This document shows, one piece after another, positions 23,403-36,315 of a DNA stretch of 64,000 bases. Every line of letters starts with the position of its first letter. Position 1 is the stretch's first letter. Source of the DNA: Octopus bimaculoides (Eukaryota); assembly GCF_001194135.2 (NCBI RefSeq), contig NC_068987.1:25216240-25280239 (forward strand), in the 5' to 3' direction. The position numbers and the translations under genes are program-made. The notes under the pieces were generated by a model. That model was not told where the DNA came from, did no database searches, and worked only from the letters and a program-made list of their open reading frames with translations.

Positions 23403-23614
23403 TAAAGCGGCGAGCTGGCAGAAACGTTAGCACGCCGGGCGAAATGCTTAACGGTATTTCGTCTGTCTTATGTTCTGAGTTCAAATTCCGCCGAGGTCGA
23501 ATTTGCCTTTCATCCTTTCGGGTCGATAAATTAAGTACCAGTTGCATACTGGGGACGGTGTAATCGACTGGCCCCCTTCCCCAAAATTTCGAGCCTTGTA
23601 CCTAGAATAGAAAG
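23403..23614 (+). mobile_element. SINE family A, full length, 16-bp TSD
   Basis: TSD aatatatcatttactg at 23387-23402 and 23615-23630. Confidence 0.95.
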
Positions 23615-23657
23615 AATATATCATTTACTGCAGAATAACTTATGTAACCATATCTGT

Positions 23658-23688
<31 letters not shown>

Positions 23689-23745
23689 GCTATCTATTTA
23701 TTTGCTTACCTTTTCTTACATCTCTCTTTCTCTCACTCTCTCACT

Positions 23746-23863
23746 NNNNNNNNNNNNNNNNNNNNNNNNNNNNNNNNNNNNNNNNNNNNNNNNNNNNNNN
23801 NNNNNNNNNNNNNNNNNNNNNNNNNNNNNNNNNNNNNNNNNNNNNNNNNNNNNNNNNNNNNNN
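23746..23863. other. Assembly gap
   Basis: N run. Confidence 1.
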
Positions 23864-24787
23864 TATATATATAATATATATGTACTCTTCAGTTTGTTTT
23901 AGCAAGTACATTGTACTCAGTGATGGAGCATTGCATACATAGTTGAACGTGCTGTGTATTTAGTGTCGTCTCTGTGTGTATCTGATGTATTCATTTCTTC
24001 ATTCTTTTGTATATCAATGTACTATACGTGATACCCCTAACTCGTGGCATGCCGAATTGGTAAGGGGGCTCTTCTACGCTGGTTGTAACATTTTACAGGT
24101 AGCTGATCTGCTATGCTGGAGAAAAAATGCGTCTAGATATCTTTTAAGTGTTTCAGCGCTAACTTCAGGCAGCGTTACATAAACCTCTTGAGAGGAAATT
24201 GTCTAATTACGGGGCTTTAAATGATATGAGAGTTTGACGAAAAGCGCTAAGATCTGATAGTCGCTGTCTTTATCGGGATTTAGTTCTATGTGAAACTTTG
24301 AAACTATATATATATATATATATATATATAAACACTTCACTGAAGAACTAGAAGAAACAGTGTGAGTGTGGCACTTCTATCTATCTAATTTCACCTTGCG
24401 AAAGGACTTCATAGCGTGCGATGAACAGGTGTTCTGCTACTTGTTCTCTTTCTTTATTTTTTCCTCATTCTCTCTCTCCGATCTCTCTCACTCCCCTTTA
24501 CTTTCTCACCTGTGCTCAGTCTCGCTCTCACCCCTTTCTTTCTTTCTTTCTCACTCGCTCACATTTCCTTCCCGTTTGGAAAGTGTATGATGGCGAAACA
24601 CTTTGGTAACAGTCGTTTCAATAACACTAGAAGTAACGACTCTACCTTCAGTATTCAGTCATTTTTGTGACATGATTTTGTTTCTGAAATTTAAGAAGAC
24701 ATTTGAATATGTGTGTACATACATACATACATACATATATACGCACGTGTATACTTACGTGTATATCTATGAGTGACACCTTTAGCC

Positions 24788-24922
24788 AGTATCTTCTACT
24801 ATAGCTTCGGACCGACCAAAGCCGTGTGAGTGGATTTGGTAGACGGAAACTGAGAGAAGCCTGTCGTATATCTGTCTGTCTATCTATCTATCTATCTATC
24901 TGTCTGTCTATCTGTCTGTCTA

Positions 24923-24979
<57 letters not shown>

Positions 24980-24980
24980 A
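24788..24980 (+). mobile_element. SINE family C fragment running into (TCTA)n/(TCTG)n
   Basis: gtatcttctactatagcttcggaccgaccaaagcc...ggtagacggaaactgagagaagcctgtcgtata followed by tetranucleotide repeats. Confidence 0.8.
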
Positions 24981-25169
24981 AACATGCATATTCATATATT
25001 ATATTATTTATATTATATTATATCATTATGGTCGAATTAGACTCTTGTAAGTATAAAGGATCTTCAGGAAACTTGACTGAAAAACTGATGGGGTTTGCAC
25101 ATTTATATATAGTTAAGTGTACTTATGTATATATACATACATACATACATATATATATGTATACATATA

Positions 25170-25200
<31 letters not shown>

Positions 25201-25382
25201 CCTCGGATGCAAGCTGCATCTTCATCAACATCAGCTGTGTCAACAGGGTGAGGGAATCTCATGATGACAGTCTTGAAACCCGCTGAAGGAACCAGAAACA
25301 TCACTGCTGACGAATTCCAGTGCATCCGCTTGGTGTACTTTGGAAGCCTACCTCTCTCTCTCGCTCCCTTTCTCACTCTCTC

Positions 25383-25413
<31 letters not shown>

Positions 25414-27644
25414 CATACAATTATATTAATGTTTGTTTTCATGTGAAGTTATATATATATTATCCAATATTCTTTAATAGAATACAAATTTTTACAAGTG
25501 GTCACGAAGCCAAAACTTTGAAGACACTGTCAACCTTAGTCAGTACCCTAGTCGAGGCGTGATTATTGTTAGTTTAAAACCATGCATACATACATTACAT
25601 TCATGTGTATAAGAGCGTTGTAGTTCGCTTGAAGCATTGTAGTAAGGAAACCTTCGCAAAAATGCTTATATTTCAGGCGCAAATGACCATTCTCGGAAGG
25701 AAGGAGTCCAAGAAGTGTCTAGTTACATCAATTTTGTTATTTCATGACTCTACTTTCAGTTTTCAGTAATGTTGTGATTTTATAATTTCGTTTGCAATTG
25801 TGAAATTTAAGAACACACTTAAATATTTCCCTTTTCTTTTTATACATATACATGTGTGTGTGTAAGCTGTAATCTGACCGTTCACTAGCTTTCTCTTTCG
25901 TTCCATTTTTCTTTCTCGCCAACTTTTTCTGTCTTCCTCTCTGTCTCTTTTTCTGTCACTCTTATTCCCCCCCCCCACTCTCTCTTTCTCCACCAATGAC
26001 CTGTATAACATTCTAACCTAATTTCTAACATACTTCCCACCATTCACAAAGTATAAAGTTTTAAAATTTATTTCCGGACAAAAATTATTTTGCTGCAAGG
26101 TTGATTCGATTATGTTAATCTGTCGTTAATCGGACCTTCGTTATAAATATACTCACTCTTTGCTTTCATCTGATAATCCTTCCATTTATATATATAAAAA
26201 ATCCATATTTATTTACTTTCGTTTTATTTTTAGCACACACATTAACGCACACATTAACGCACACATACGCACAATAAATTTCTCTCATCCCACCACTCAT
26301 GAGAGGGACAGGGAGAAGTTGTAAATAAGTATACATGCGTACATTAGATAATAGTAATACACTTAGACTGTGTAGTGAATCTGCAGCCCCCCTCTTTCAT
26401 ACTGAAGCATTAGAAAGCCTCACTGTGGTTGTAATAAGAGTGTATACACACTCTATTATATTTATGTGCGAGAAAAGAAAAAAAAAATATGGAGTCTCGT
26501 GACAGCCCGACTCATGATATATTAACCGTTTTTCAAAGGAGAAGTACTCGGTTTCTTTCCCCGATCAATAGCGTAGGGCAGCTGCTATATAAGGCAATCA
26601 TAACTCCTCAGTTTTCTCTGTCCATCAGTAGTATAGAAAGAGTGTGTGTATATACACTTATACCCACAGCAAGCTTTGTTAATACTTACATTTATTCCAG
26701 CTCTTCTGATTTACGCTATGTAGTTCATTAAATAGACACTGTTTAATTAATGAGGAGTCATCGAAGACAAATATTTAAATTAGGCTATCCACTAATGTGC
26801 TAGCCAAATCTAGGACTGCTTTACACAAGTTTCTTTATGCTATTGATTGTGCAAGGGTGTTTGGTACGCCTTCTCTAAGGAACTATCAAGAAACTGTGAA
26901 ACCACCTGACAGGAGGCTCTCTTCAGTAGCTTAGAAAAATCTGTTTACATTCTTATTACACTCACAGCCAGGCTTTCTATTATTTAGATTTACATTCATG
27001 TTTTACAACATTACCGGGAGGTTGAAATATCTTCTGCTTCGGAAGATGTTTGCCTGAGATAATAGGTTTATAAGCAGATTTGTTATTCCAGTGCAGCAGC
27101 AGACTATCTATCGCACATTCCCTACACATATCCACGCACACACATCTTCCCACGCGTGTGTGATCTACTCTGGACCCACTCGTACAGTCAGTCTTTCACA
27201 TACATACGCACAGACGTGCTCCGATGCATCCACGCGTGTGCACAGACACATAGTCGTACACAGACACATCTACCTTGTCGTTCAGCAAATATATAAGGAA
27301 AGGAAGCGTAGCCATCACTACCCTCCTCTCACCCATCATCTATCTATCTTTTATTAACACCATCCAACTACTTCACACTCTTTCACCTTCTAGTCTGCCA
27401 TACCAGTGGCACTGGACATAATTTGCAGAGCTAGAATATATTAGCGCATGCATCTCACTAAGCTTTGTATTTTTCGAAGAGAATGCCGGGGAAGTGAGTC
27501 GACTGTTATTGCGCAATCTGGTCAATTGCATTGCATAATAAGGTCGATCGGTTTACTGAAACACGTGTGCGTTTTATAAAGTTTACAATAGTAATTACGT
27601 TTTCTGCTTATATATTATATATATGTGTGTGTGTGTGTATGTGT

Positions 27645-27850
27645 TATTTCTGTACTACCCACAAGGGGCTACACACAGAGGGGACAAACAAGGACAGACA
27701 AACGGATTAAGTCGATTATATCGACCCTAGTGCGTAACTGGTACTTATTTAATCGACCTCGGCGGAATTTGAACTCAGAACGTAGCGGCAGACGGAATAC
27801 CGCTAAGCATTTCGCCCGGTGTGCTAACGTTTCTGCCAGCTCACCGCCTT
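27645..27850 (-). mobile_element. SINE family A variant with different tail and internal deletion
   Basis: Tail ctacccacaaggggctacacacagagggg...; 'atcgacctcggcgg' lacks the ccgaaaggatgaaaggcaaagtcga segment. Confidence 0.85.
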
Positions 27851-27855
27851 TTGTG

Positions 27856-28253
27856 NNNNNNNNNNNNNNNNNNNNNNNNNNNNNNNNNNNNNNNNNNNNN
27901 NNNNNNNNNNNNNNNNNNNNNNNNNNNNNNNNNNNNNNNNNNNNNNNNNNNNNNNNNNNNNNNNNNNNNNNNNNNNNNNNNNNNNNNNNNNNNNNNNNNN
28001 NNNNNNNNNNNNNNNNNNNNNNNNNNNNNNNNNNNNNNNNNNNNNNNNNNNNNNNNNNNNNNNNNNNNNNNNNNNNNNNNNNNNNNNNNNNNNNNNNNNN
28101 NNNNNNNNNNNNNNNNNNNNNNNNNNNNNNNNNNNNNNNNNNNNNNNNNNNNNNNNNNNNNNNNNNNNNNNNNNNNNNNNNNNNNNNNNNNNNNNNNNNN
28201 NNNNNNNNNNNNNNNNNNNNNNNNNNNNNNNNNNNNNNNNNNNNNNNNNNNNN
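27856..28253. other. Assembly gap followed by (TG)n
   Basis: N run. Confidence 1.
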
Positions 28254-28299
<46 letters not shown>

Positions 28300-28798
28300 T
28301 ACTGGACTATTATTCTGATACTGGTATGCCACGCGTTTGTGGAAGAACTACATTTCTGAAAAATTCCATGTTACAGGAATATTTGTTTCTTAAAGTGAAA
28401 AGTTCTACGTTTTCGGGCGGTTTCTCAGACTTTCGATGATGATAATCTTCAGCAGAGAAACATACAAATGATAACAGCAGCTCTGTGTGTGTGTGTGTGT
28501 GTGTGCATGCGTGCGTGCGTGTACGCATGCGCGTAGAACTGCCAATCTTTGTATTTTTTCGAGGAAATAGGATAGGAGGATATACCAGAATCTTGTAGTA
28601 GTAGTAGTAGCAAGTTTAATTGCTTTAACATGATGGAAGAAAAGTTAAATGACGGCTTTCGAGTAAACATCGATATATTTATATTTATTTATCATACATA
28701 AACCTAGATATGCCTATATCCATATATTCTGTTTGCCATGTCATGTTGCCAAACTAAGATTTATCAATACCACAAGTACAGTTATTGCTGTTGCTCTT

Positions 28799-28838
<40 letters not shown>

Positions 28839-29251
28839 TAGTAGTTGTTGTTGTTGTTAGTCCTACACTTGTTTCACTTTGGTTTCAGATCAATTGAATA
28901 ACTGTCCAATGTACTTTTGAATTAATAGTGATAGTAAAAGACGTACGCATACATGTGAACTCCAAGGGTACGTTATAGTTATTTACACAATAAATGAAGA
29001 ACACATTAAAGTGGGTTAGCATTACAAGTAAGAGATGTATTGTTATTGTTCTAGATTCTGATTGAGGAGACCTACTGTGTAAGACGTCTCAGATATAATA
29101 CGATATCATCCCGTCATTTTTCTTTTCCGTTTTTCTTGTTTTTTTTTTTTTCGAATGTAGTCTATCCTGAAATTTATTAACCAAGGTGTCCACACATGTG
29201 TCCCTTTCTGACCTACGATGATCAAAGACACTCTAGCCACGACCATCTTTC

Positions 29252-29654
29252 CTTTTATCTTTTACTTGCTTCAGTCATTTGACTGCAGCTATGCTGGTGC
29301 ACCACCTTGAAAGATTTTTTTAGTCAATCTAAAAAGGGTTTTTTTTTAGTACCCCGGGATTAAAATTTTTTAAGCCTAGTACTTACTCTATCGGTCCTTT
29401 TGCCGAACAGCTGACTTACGGGGATGTAAGCAAACCAACACCAGGTGTCAAACGGTGGTGGGGGACAAACACACACATACACACACACACAGTTATACGG
29501 CGGGGTTCTTTCAGTTTTCTTCGATCAGATCCCCCCAGGGCTTTGGTCGACCCGAGGCTATATAAGACACTTGCCCAAGGAGACATGCAGTGGCACTGAA
29601 CCCAGAACCATGTGGTTGGGATGCAAGCTTCTTACCACACAGCCACGCCTGCGC
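29252..29654 (-). mobile_element. SINE family C, full length
   Basis: tttacttgcttcagtcatttgactgcagc...(CA)n...caagcttcttaccacacagccacgcctgcgc. Confidence 0.9.
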
Positions 29655-30168
29655 TATTTTAGTGATGTCTACGACTGCATTATCCAATGTATCTTACGCT
29701 TTGTTTTGAAGTCTGCAGGGTGTGATTCTAATGAGATTTAACTGCAGTTTCTAACAGGCCGGGTAGCTACTTAGATATTATGGTTTGTTCGTGTGGATGA
29801 TGGGTAATTATAGACGTCTGTGAAATGTCTCTTGATCTTAAAACTACTCAATTAGTGGATTTTGAAAATAAAGAGTATAGACATTCACACATAACTAATT
29901 ACATTCACACACGCACACGCACAATGCATAATGCGTATACGTGTGTATGGGAAGATAATTGTGTATCCTGCTATTTCTGTATCTGGATAGATACTTGGAT
30001 ATACAAGAGATATACACGCGTACAAATATCCATATATGTGTATGTGTGGGTATATATATATATATAGTTACTGTATCGATTGAGCTTCATTTTCATTTTC
30101 TGACAGGCCAATGATGTATGGGCAACAGGGCAGAGTTAGCCAAATATAGATGCTTAAATTTTATCCCA

Positions 30169-30170
<2 letters not shown>

Positions 30171-30262
<92 letters not shown>
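30171..30262. repeat. (CT)n/(CA)n microsatellite
   Basis: Direct reading. Confidence 0.97.
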
Positions 30263-30263
<1 letters not shown>

Positions 30264-31401
30264 AGAGGTAGAGAGATGGTGGAAATGTAGAGCAAGATGA
30301 AGACCAGTGTATTTGAAAATTTATGATTTCGCCGATTGACACTGGGTCACCAACAGAAAATCGGCTCTAGAACGTTCGACAGTGAAAGCAATGAGAATAA
30401 CTATATTTTACTATATTTTAAATTCATAATTACAAAAAAGACACGCTGGTTCCGTGTTTCTCGGTTAGTGCTGTATGTTTGCTTTCTACTATCTGTATAC
30501 TGACTTAGTATTATACTTGGTTAACACATCACTTGGAGATGTGCTGAAAGCTTCACTAGAAGTTTGATACATTGACCTTATTGGTAAATATCGTTTGTGT
30601 TCGTATGAATGATATTGTCATTGTTTAAACGCAGGTCATCCCTGATTTAACAAATCTATGCCGAAAGCCATTCCAACCGGGAACATCCCAGTATATATTT
30701 CAGATATGACGTATTACTGGCTCTGCATTGATTGCTCATGTACATACGAATTAAGGCATTCCAGCCTCGTGACCAAAGACTCTACACTAAACATTGTGTC
30801 CCATTACTGAGACGTCACAGTGGAATTTCAAAAAATTTCGCTACGATTTCTCGTACATAGAATCTCCTATGTTAGCTCATCTGTTGTTGGTGGTGAGTGT
30901 GTATTTTCACAGATGCTAATTATCTCAGTCTAATTAACTTAATTAGCCGCTTAATCAGAATCTTTTCAACTTGCGATTGCTTTGGCTTCTGCTAAATTGC
31001 AAAAGAAACTTTCGGCTGCTCGAGTGGCTTAAATAAACTAATATTAATATAATGACAAAGAAGAGATGATATTAACACATGGGTGACCATTTCAATAGTG
31101 ATCCTAATAAAATTACCCCTGTCTCCTACCTTATATTTAGAGTTTCTTACTGAGAAGTTCGGAAATACTTCCTTCACAGACACTCATTTAAAAATAGATA
31201 AATTCCTAACAATAAACATGTTTTATTTTATTTTATTTTATTTTAAAAGGAATTGTAAGATGTGAAATTGTGAGCTTAATGTTTTTCTCAGAAGTGTTAC
31301 AATTGTCCTCCGCTCTATCGTTAATGAATATATATATATATATATATTTTTTTAAATTTCCACTTGCCAGACATTCTATTAGAAATAGATACATTTCTAA
31401 T

Positions 31402-31722
31402 GGGGGCGTATGGCTAAGTGGTTAAGATATTTGGTTCAAGATTGTTTGGTCGCAAGTTCGATACCTGGTGGCGTTTTGTGTCCTTGAGTAAGACACTTTA
31501 TTTCACGTTACTCCAGTACATTCAGTTGGTGAAAATACGTAGTAACTGTATTTCAAAGGGCCAGCCTTGTCACATTCTGTGTCACGCTGAATCCCCCTGA
31601 AAACTTTGTTAAAAGTACTCGTGTCTTTAGAATGCTCAACCACTTGCACGTTAATTTTATGAACAGGCTGTGCTATTGATCAGATCAACTGGAACACTCG
31701 TCGTCGTAACCAACGTAGTGCC
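31402..31722 (+). mobile_element. tRNA-derived SINE, head H2 + tail T1, diverged
   Basis: ggggcgtatggctaagtggttaag...aagttcgatacc...tgtgtccttgagtaagacactttatttcac...tcaaagggccagccttgtcac...tcaactggaacactcgtcgtcgtaacc. Confidence 0.85.
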
Positions 31723-31959
31723 CGATACATTTCTAAACGTTAAATATGAAACTTGTTATATTTTTATTAAAAGGAATAACTGTATTTGGGGTTATGAACG
31801 TATGACATTCTCAGAGGTGATACTGAGTTGGAAGAAACGAGGTTTCAACTAACGATTCGAAAGTGGGTCTTGAGAATGGTTCGCTGTGGAGGCTAATTTT
31901 AAAAAATTGTTTGGTTTGGAGAAAGGTGCTATGCCTTTTCCTTTGCATATCCTCCAAGA

Positions 31960-32275
31960 CTAGGTAGTTTGAAGAAAATAATGTTTTTTTTTTGTTTTAA
32001 ATAATTGCAAGTTGACGGCTTCTGGAAAACATGAACGGAAAATTCTAGAGGATTAACATTTTGGAGAAGGAGGACTTAATGTAGTAGTTAGTACAATTCT
32101 TGGGATGATGGATACAACGGGATTAAAGAGAGGATGGAGACAGGTAACTCGAGTGGATAGGTGTGGAGGTAGTCCAAAATTAGCAAGATCCGAGGAGCAG
32201 AAACTACTAAAGTAACATTAGAAGATGCAGTGTGAGGAGAGAACACGTCCGAAACAGAATTAGGTGAGTGTTGGT
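31960..32275 (-). mobile_element. Decayed 3' end of a CR1/L2-group LINE ORF2
   Basis: rc translates with frameshifts as CYFSSFCSSDLANFGLPPHLSTRVTCLHP...PKNCTNYYIKSSFSK, resembling the CSSEL...TR...HP...RT..Y..SFF C-terminus of CR1/L2/Crack-type elements. Confidence 0.65.
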
Positions 32276-32371
32276 AAATGACGTCTTACAAATAAGTTAT
32301 ACAAGTTATTGTTCAAGTGGAGTCTCAAGTCTTTAAACCTAAATTTCAGGAAATAGGAGTCTGAAACAATC

Positions 32372-32414
<43 letters not shown>

Positions 32415-33767
32415 TAAATGCAAGATATTAAAATACACTTTTCTTAAAATATCTCCCTTGATTGTCGATGACGTTAGCTGTCTCTTTTGGTGATTGATTC
32501 CTAACTGTTCTGCTTTGTGAAATATTTCTAATCTATGAGTATAAAGAAAAGACTATACATAATCAATGTGATATAGTGATCGATGGCAAGTATTCTTTTG
32601 TTGGAGCCAGTATGTCTTCCAGAGAGGTTTTTTTTCTTAAGGATGTAGGAAGGAGTAGACTCACCGATACTTGTAAGATCAATATAGTGTGATGTTTAGT
32701 TGAACATCTGAAAGTCGACGCCTGCATAAAAAGTACGTGGACGGAGAGGAAGCAAGAGTTGTTAGCATGAATGATTCATATCCTATCATCATCACTCATA
32801 TTTTCCCTTGTTAAAGACATAATTAAGTTGTTTGGGTTCAGTTATCCTAGTTGTAAATATGAACTATGGAGAAATACAGCTCACTGATGTGAACATTTGA
32901 GACAATTTTATGACTGATGTGTATTTAAAAAATTTTTGTACATTACCGGGTTTAAAAAAGAAAATTAAGTCTTTCATGGATGAAATTAGAAGTATACTGG
33001 TGTTTCTATGAATCAGTTGTATTGGTAGACTGTTTATCACCAAATGCCTCAAAAGCAGAGATTGTTACCAAGTACATCTTAGCCATCTCATAGACAGGTG
33101 AAATAGTTTGCCGAAATTAAGTTCAGTTAAATCTCTGCCTAATAACCCGAATTTTAGTCACGCTCCATCAATGATTTAGTTCCTGTCTGTCTGTCTCTCT
33201 CTCTTTCTCCACCTCCTTCAATCTTTATCGTTTATATTACAATTATGAATGAAGCTAAAAATGTATCACATTAAGGTCATATACCCGCCGGGTTTGTGTA
33301 TAGTACAGTTAGTCTCTTCAGCTTATTAACACACTCCTCTTAAGCACTATTGTGCTTAACGTGTTTTATTACTTTATCCTCTGTGTGTGTGTGTGTGTTT
33401 GCGTGTATTTAAAACTGAATTAATATTCGTTATCCTTTTATAATCCTCCACGATCGGTGTGCAGAAGTGCACAAACCAAAGCACACAAAACACACATTAA
33501 CAATTTATAAATATGGTACTTTTTTTCTTGTCCCTAATGACCTAATGAATCTAAGATTGATTATATCGACCAACTAAATATTGTATATTAAATCTCTTTC
33601 ATGGTGAAGGCTTACGAGAGAGAATCACCCCCACCCATATGTCTCTTCTTGACGACCGTTGATCCTGATAGCTCAGTAAAATTTGTGTCTCCATAACGAC
33701 AGCAACACATAAACACATAAAAAATAATATAATCAACAATTTGCCGAAACGAAGAAATATATAAATT

Positions 33768-33976
33768 AGGCGCTGGCGTGGCTGTGTGGTAAGAAGCTTG
33801 CTTTCCAACCACATGGTTTCAGGTTCAGTGCTACTGCGAGGCACCTTAGGCAAGTGTCTTCTACTGTAACCACGGGCCGTCCAAAGCCTTGCAAGTGGAT
33901 TTGGTAGAGAGAAACTGAAAGTCCGTCGTATATATATATATATATATATATATAGGTATATACACACACGCACATA

Positions 33977-34007
<31 letters not shown>

Positions 34008-34200
34008 GTGTTTGTCCTCGTACTACCACTTGGTAACTGGTGTTGGTGTGTTAACGTTCACATAACGCATCGGTTCGGCAAAGAGACCGATAGAATAAGT
34101 ACCAGGCTTCAAAAAATTAAGTCCTCGGGTCGATTTGTTCGACTAAAACCCTTCAAGGCGATGCTCCAGCATAGCCGCAGTCAAGTGACTGAAGCAAAAT
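33768..34200 (+). mobile_element. SINE family C, full length with internal (TA)n(TG)n
   Basis: aggcgctggcgtggctgtgtggtaagaagcttgc...aggttcagtgc...ccttaggcaagtgtcttctac...gcagtcaagtgactgaagc. Confidence 0.93.
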
Positions 34201-34358
34201 AACATATATATATATAAAATTTGAAAGCCAAGTTCCAAGGTCAATAATATTCCACGTCAAAGCCGACATATAATAATGTAAATCCGTGCCCAAATCAAAG
34301 TCGGATAAGTAATTGCATAAATACATACAGATAAATTTAGAAGTCCAAGCTGATGAGA

Positions 34359-34452
34359 TAACACTTCACAATAATCCAAAGGGGAAGTCCTCAAATGAAT
34401 CTATTTACTGGATTCATTTGAGGACTTCCTTTTGGATTATTGTGAACTGTTG
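34359..34452. repeat. Near-perfect long hairpin (inverted repeat)
   Basis: 34365-34401 pairs with 34411-34446 (16 bp + G.U/bulge + 19 bp, 9-nt loop); extends 5 bp further after one mismatch. Confidence 0.95.
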
Positions 34453-34454
34453 GC

Positions 34455-34626
34455 AGTATTTGATCTGGCTTCTTACATTCTGATGTGAAGTCCCGCCGAA
34501 GTTAACCTTACCTTTCATCCTTTCGGAATCATTAAAATACTAGTACCAGTCATGTACTGGTCAATGATATTAACTAATACCTACCCTTCCTTCAAAATTT
34601 CTGTCCTTATATCTAAATCTATTGTA

Positions 34627-34667
<41 letters not shown>

Positions 34668-34880
34668 GGCAGCGAGTTGGCAGAAACGCTAACGGCTCTG
34701 GACGAAATGTTTAGTGGAATTTCTTCCGGCGTTTTACGCTCTGACTTCAAATTCCACTGAGGTCTACTTTATTTTCATCCTTTCGAAGTCCGTAAAATAA
34801 GCACCAGTTGTGTACTGGGGTCAATGTAATCGACTTTCCTTCCCCTCAAAATTGATGGTTATGTATCAAAATTATTTCAT
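34455..34880 (+). mobile_element. Two tandem SINE family A copies (34455-34625; 34666-34880) separated by (ATT)n
   Basis: Both contain cctttcatcctttcg...aagtaccag...tactgg; the second starts aaggcagcgagttggcagaaacg. Confidence 0.85.
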
Positions 34881-35347
34881 TTATTTATTTCATTTCATTA
34901 TTCAAGCTAAATGAAAAAAGAACTTCATCTTTTTCTTATTTTGAGTAGGAAAATCCGTAGACTGTTCGACGGATTTCATCATTACTGTTACTATTGTTGC
35001 ATTCATTATTGTGATAAACGATTTATCGAATAGATACATGAAAGCAGTATTGCTTTGTTTTGAATTGGCACAAGACCAATTTATATAACAGAATGGATTA
35101 ATCATTTATATAAGTTTGTATATTTGCATTTATTTTATCGACTCCTGAATAATTAAAAGTGAAAAAGATTTATTGAGATTTGAAATCTGAGCGTATTATT
35201 ACCTTAAAGAATTGTGAGAGGCTAGGGAAAGAGAAACAATGTAGCATAACGTATTTAAGACGTTTGTTTACATGTAATTAGACATCTTAAATTCGACATC
35301 GTACATGTTTTCTGTCTTGTCTCTCTCATATTTTGATATATATATAT

Positions 35348-35385
35348 ATTGACCGTTGACTGAACACTATTCAATTTTTTTTCTC
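35348..35385 (+). mobile_element. End of a second copy of the 8195-8385 element, truncated by a gap
   Basis: attgaccgttgactgaacactattcaattttttttctc is the reverse complement of ~8347-8384; (TA)n on both sides of element plus gap. Confidence 0.8.
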
Positions 35386-35395
35386 NNNNNNNNNN
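35386..35395. other. Assembly gap (10 N)
   Basis: N run. Confidence 1.
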
Positions 35396-36069
35396 TATAT
35401 ATATATATAAGTCTAAGTTATTTGGTTACTGAGGATAATGTCGGACAGTTGTCGTACGAATGATATACACAGGGTTGCCAGCTGCATAAAAAACGAATGG
35501 TAAAATGGGAGCTAGCCACGATTGAAGTAATAAACTAAGAAATTTTGATAAATTGAAATTTAATTTTTAATGATGTAAACAATCATGATCTGAATGATTG
35601 TCAAAAAATGGAAAGGAAACAACCCAAAATAATAATTAGACATTCTTATATGCGGTATTTCTGTCACTAAAGGTGGTATTTTAATCGACCGTCATGCATA
35701 ATTTCTGGTCTTATAGCAGTGTTAAGAATCAATATTATATCGCTTGATGTAAGGTGCACATCAAGTGCAAACCCAAATCTATTCACTTCCGCACGGACGC
35801 ACAAAAAATACTTCAGCTCTGATCATTTGCCGTATCTCTACAAAACTGAAGTAAAACTAATATTGGAGTACTGTACATATATCTGAGATGCTGTTACTTC
35901 GAGATAAACATACGAAAACATTCAAAAACATGATCGATAATATATCCAAAAGAATTCCATTCAGCATATTGCCAAATATTATCTCGCCTCCAATCTTTGA
36001 CTTCAAACTAGCCACGGTACTGTTCCTTCTCTCTACCTTTTCATGCATAACCTCTTCACCGCAAAGTGA

Positions 36070-36315
36070 GAACGCATTTTCTAGTTGTTAAGCTGTTGCA
36101 CTCACGATTGTAAGAGGGTGGTTTCGATTCCTAACCCGAGCGGTGTGTTGTGTTCTTGAGCAAATCACTTTATTTCATGTTGCTCCTGTCCACTCAGCTG
36201 TAAGTGAGTAGCCTTGCGATGGCCTGACCTCGTTCAGGGTTGATAGTACAATCTCGGTTACTTATACGTCGTGGAAACTGGATAACCAGGTATCTGGCTT
36301 TATGAGTCCTTGGAT
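36070..36315 (+). mobile_element. tRNA-derived SINE, head H2 + T2-like tail, old
   Basis: tggtttcgattcc...gtgttgtgttcttgagcaaatcactttatttcatgttgctcc...ccttgcgatggcctgacctcgttcaggg...ggaaactgg. Confidence 0.7.

Noticed and set aside
31130-31205. Minus-strand exon with good acceptor and donor
   Set aside because: All three frames are closed; it shows that such splice-site pairs can arise by chance here, so the other exon candidates are scored low.
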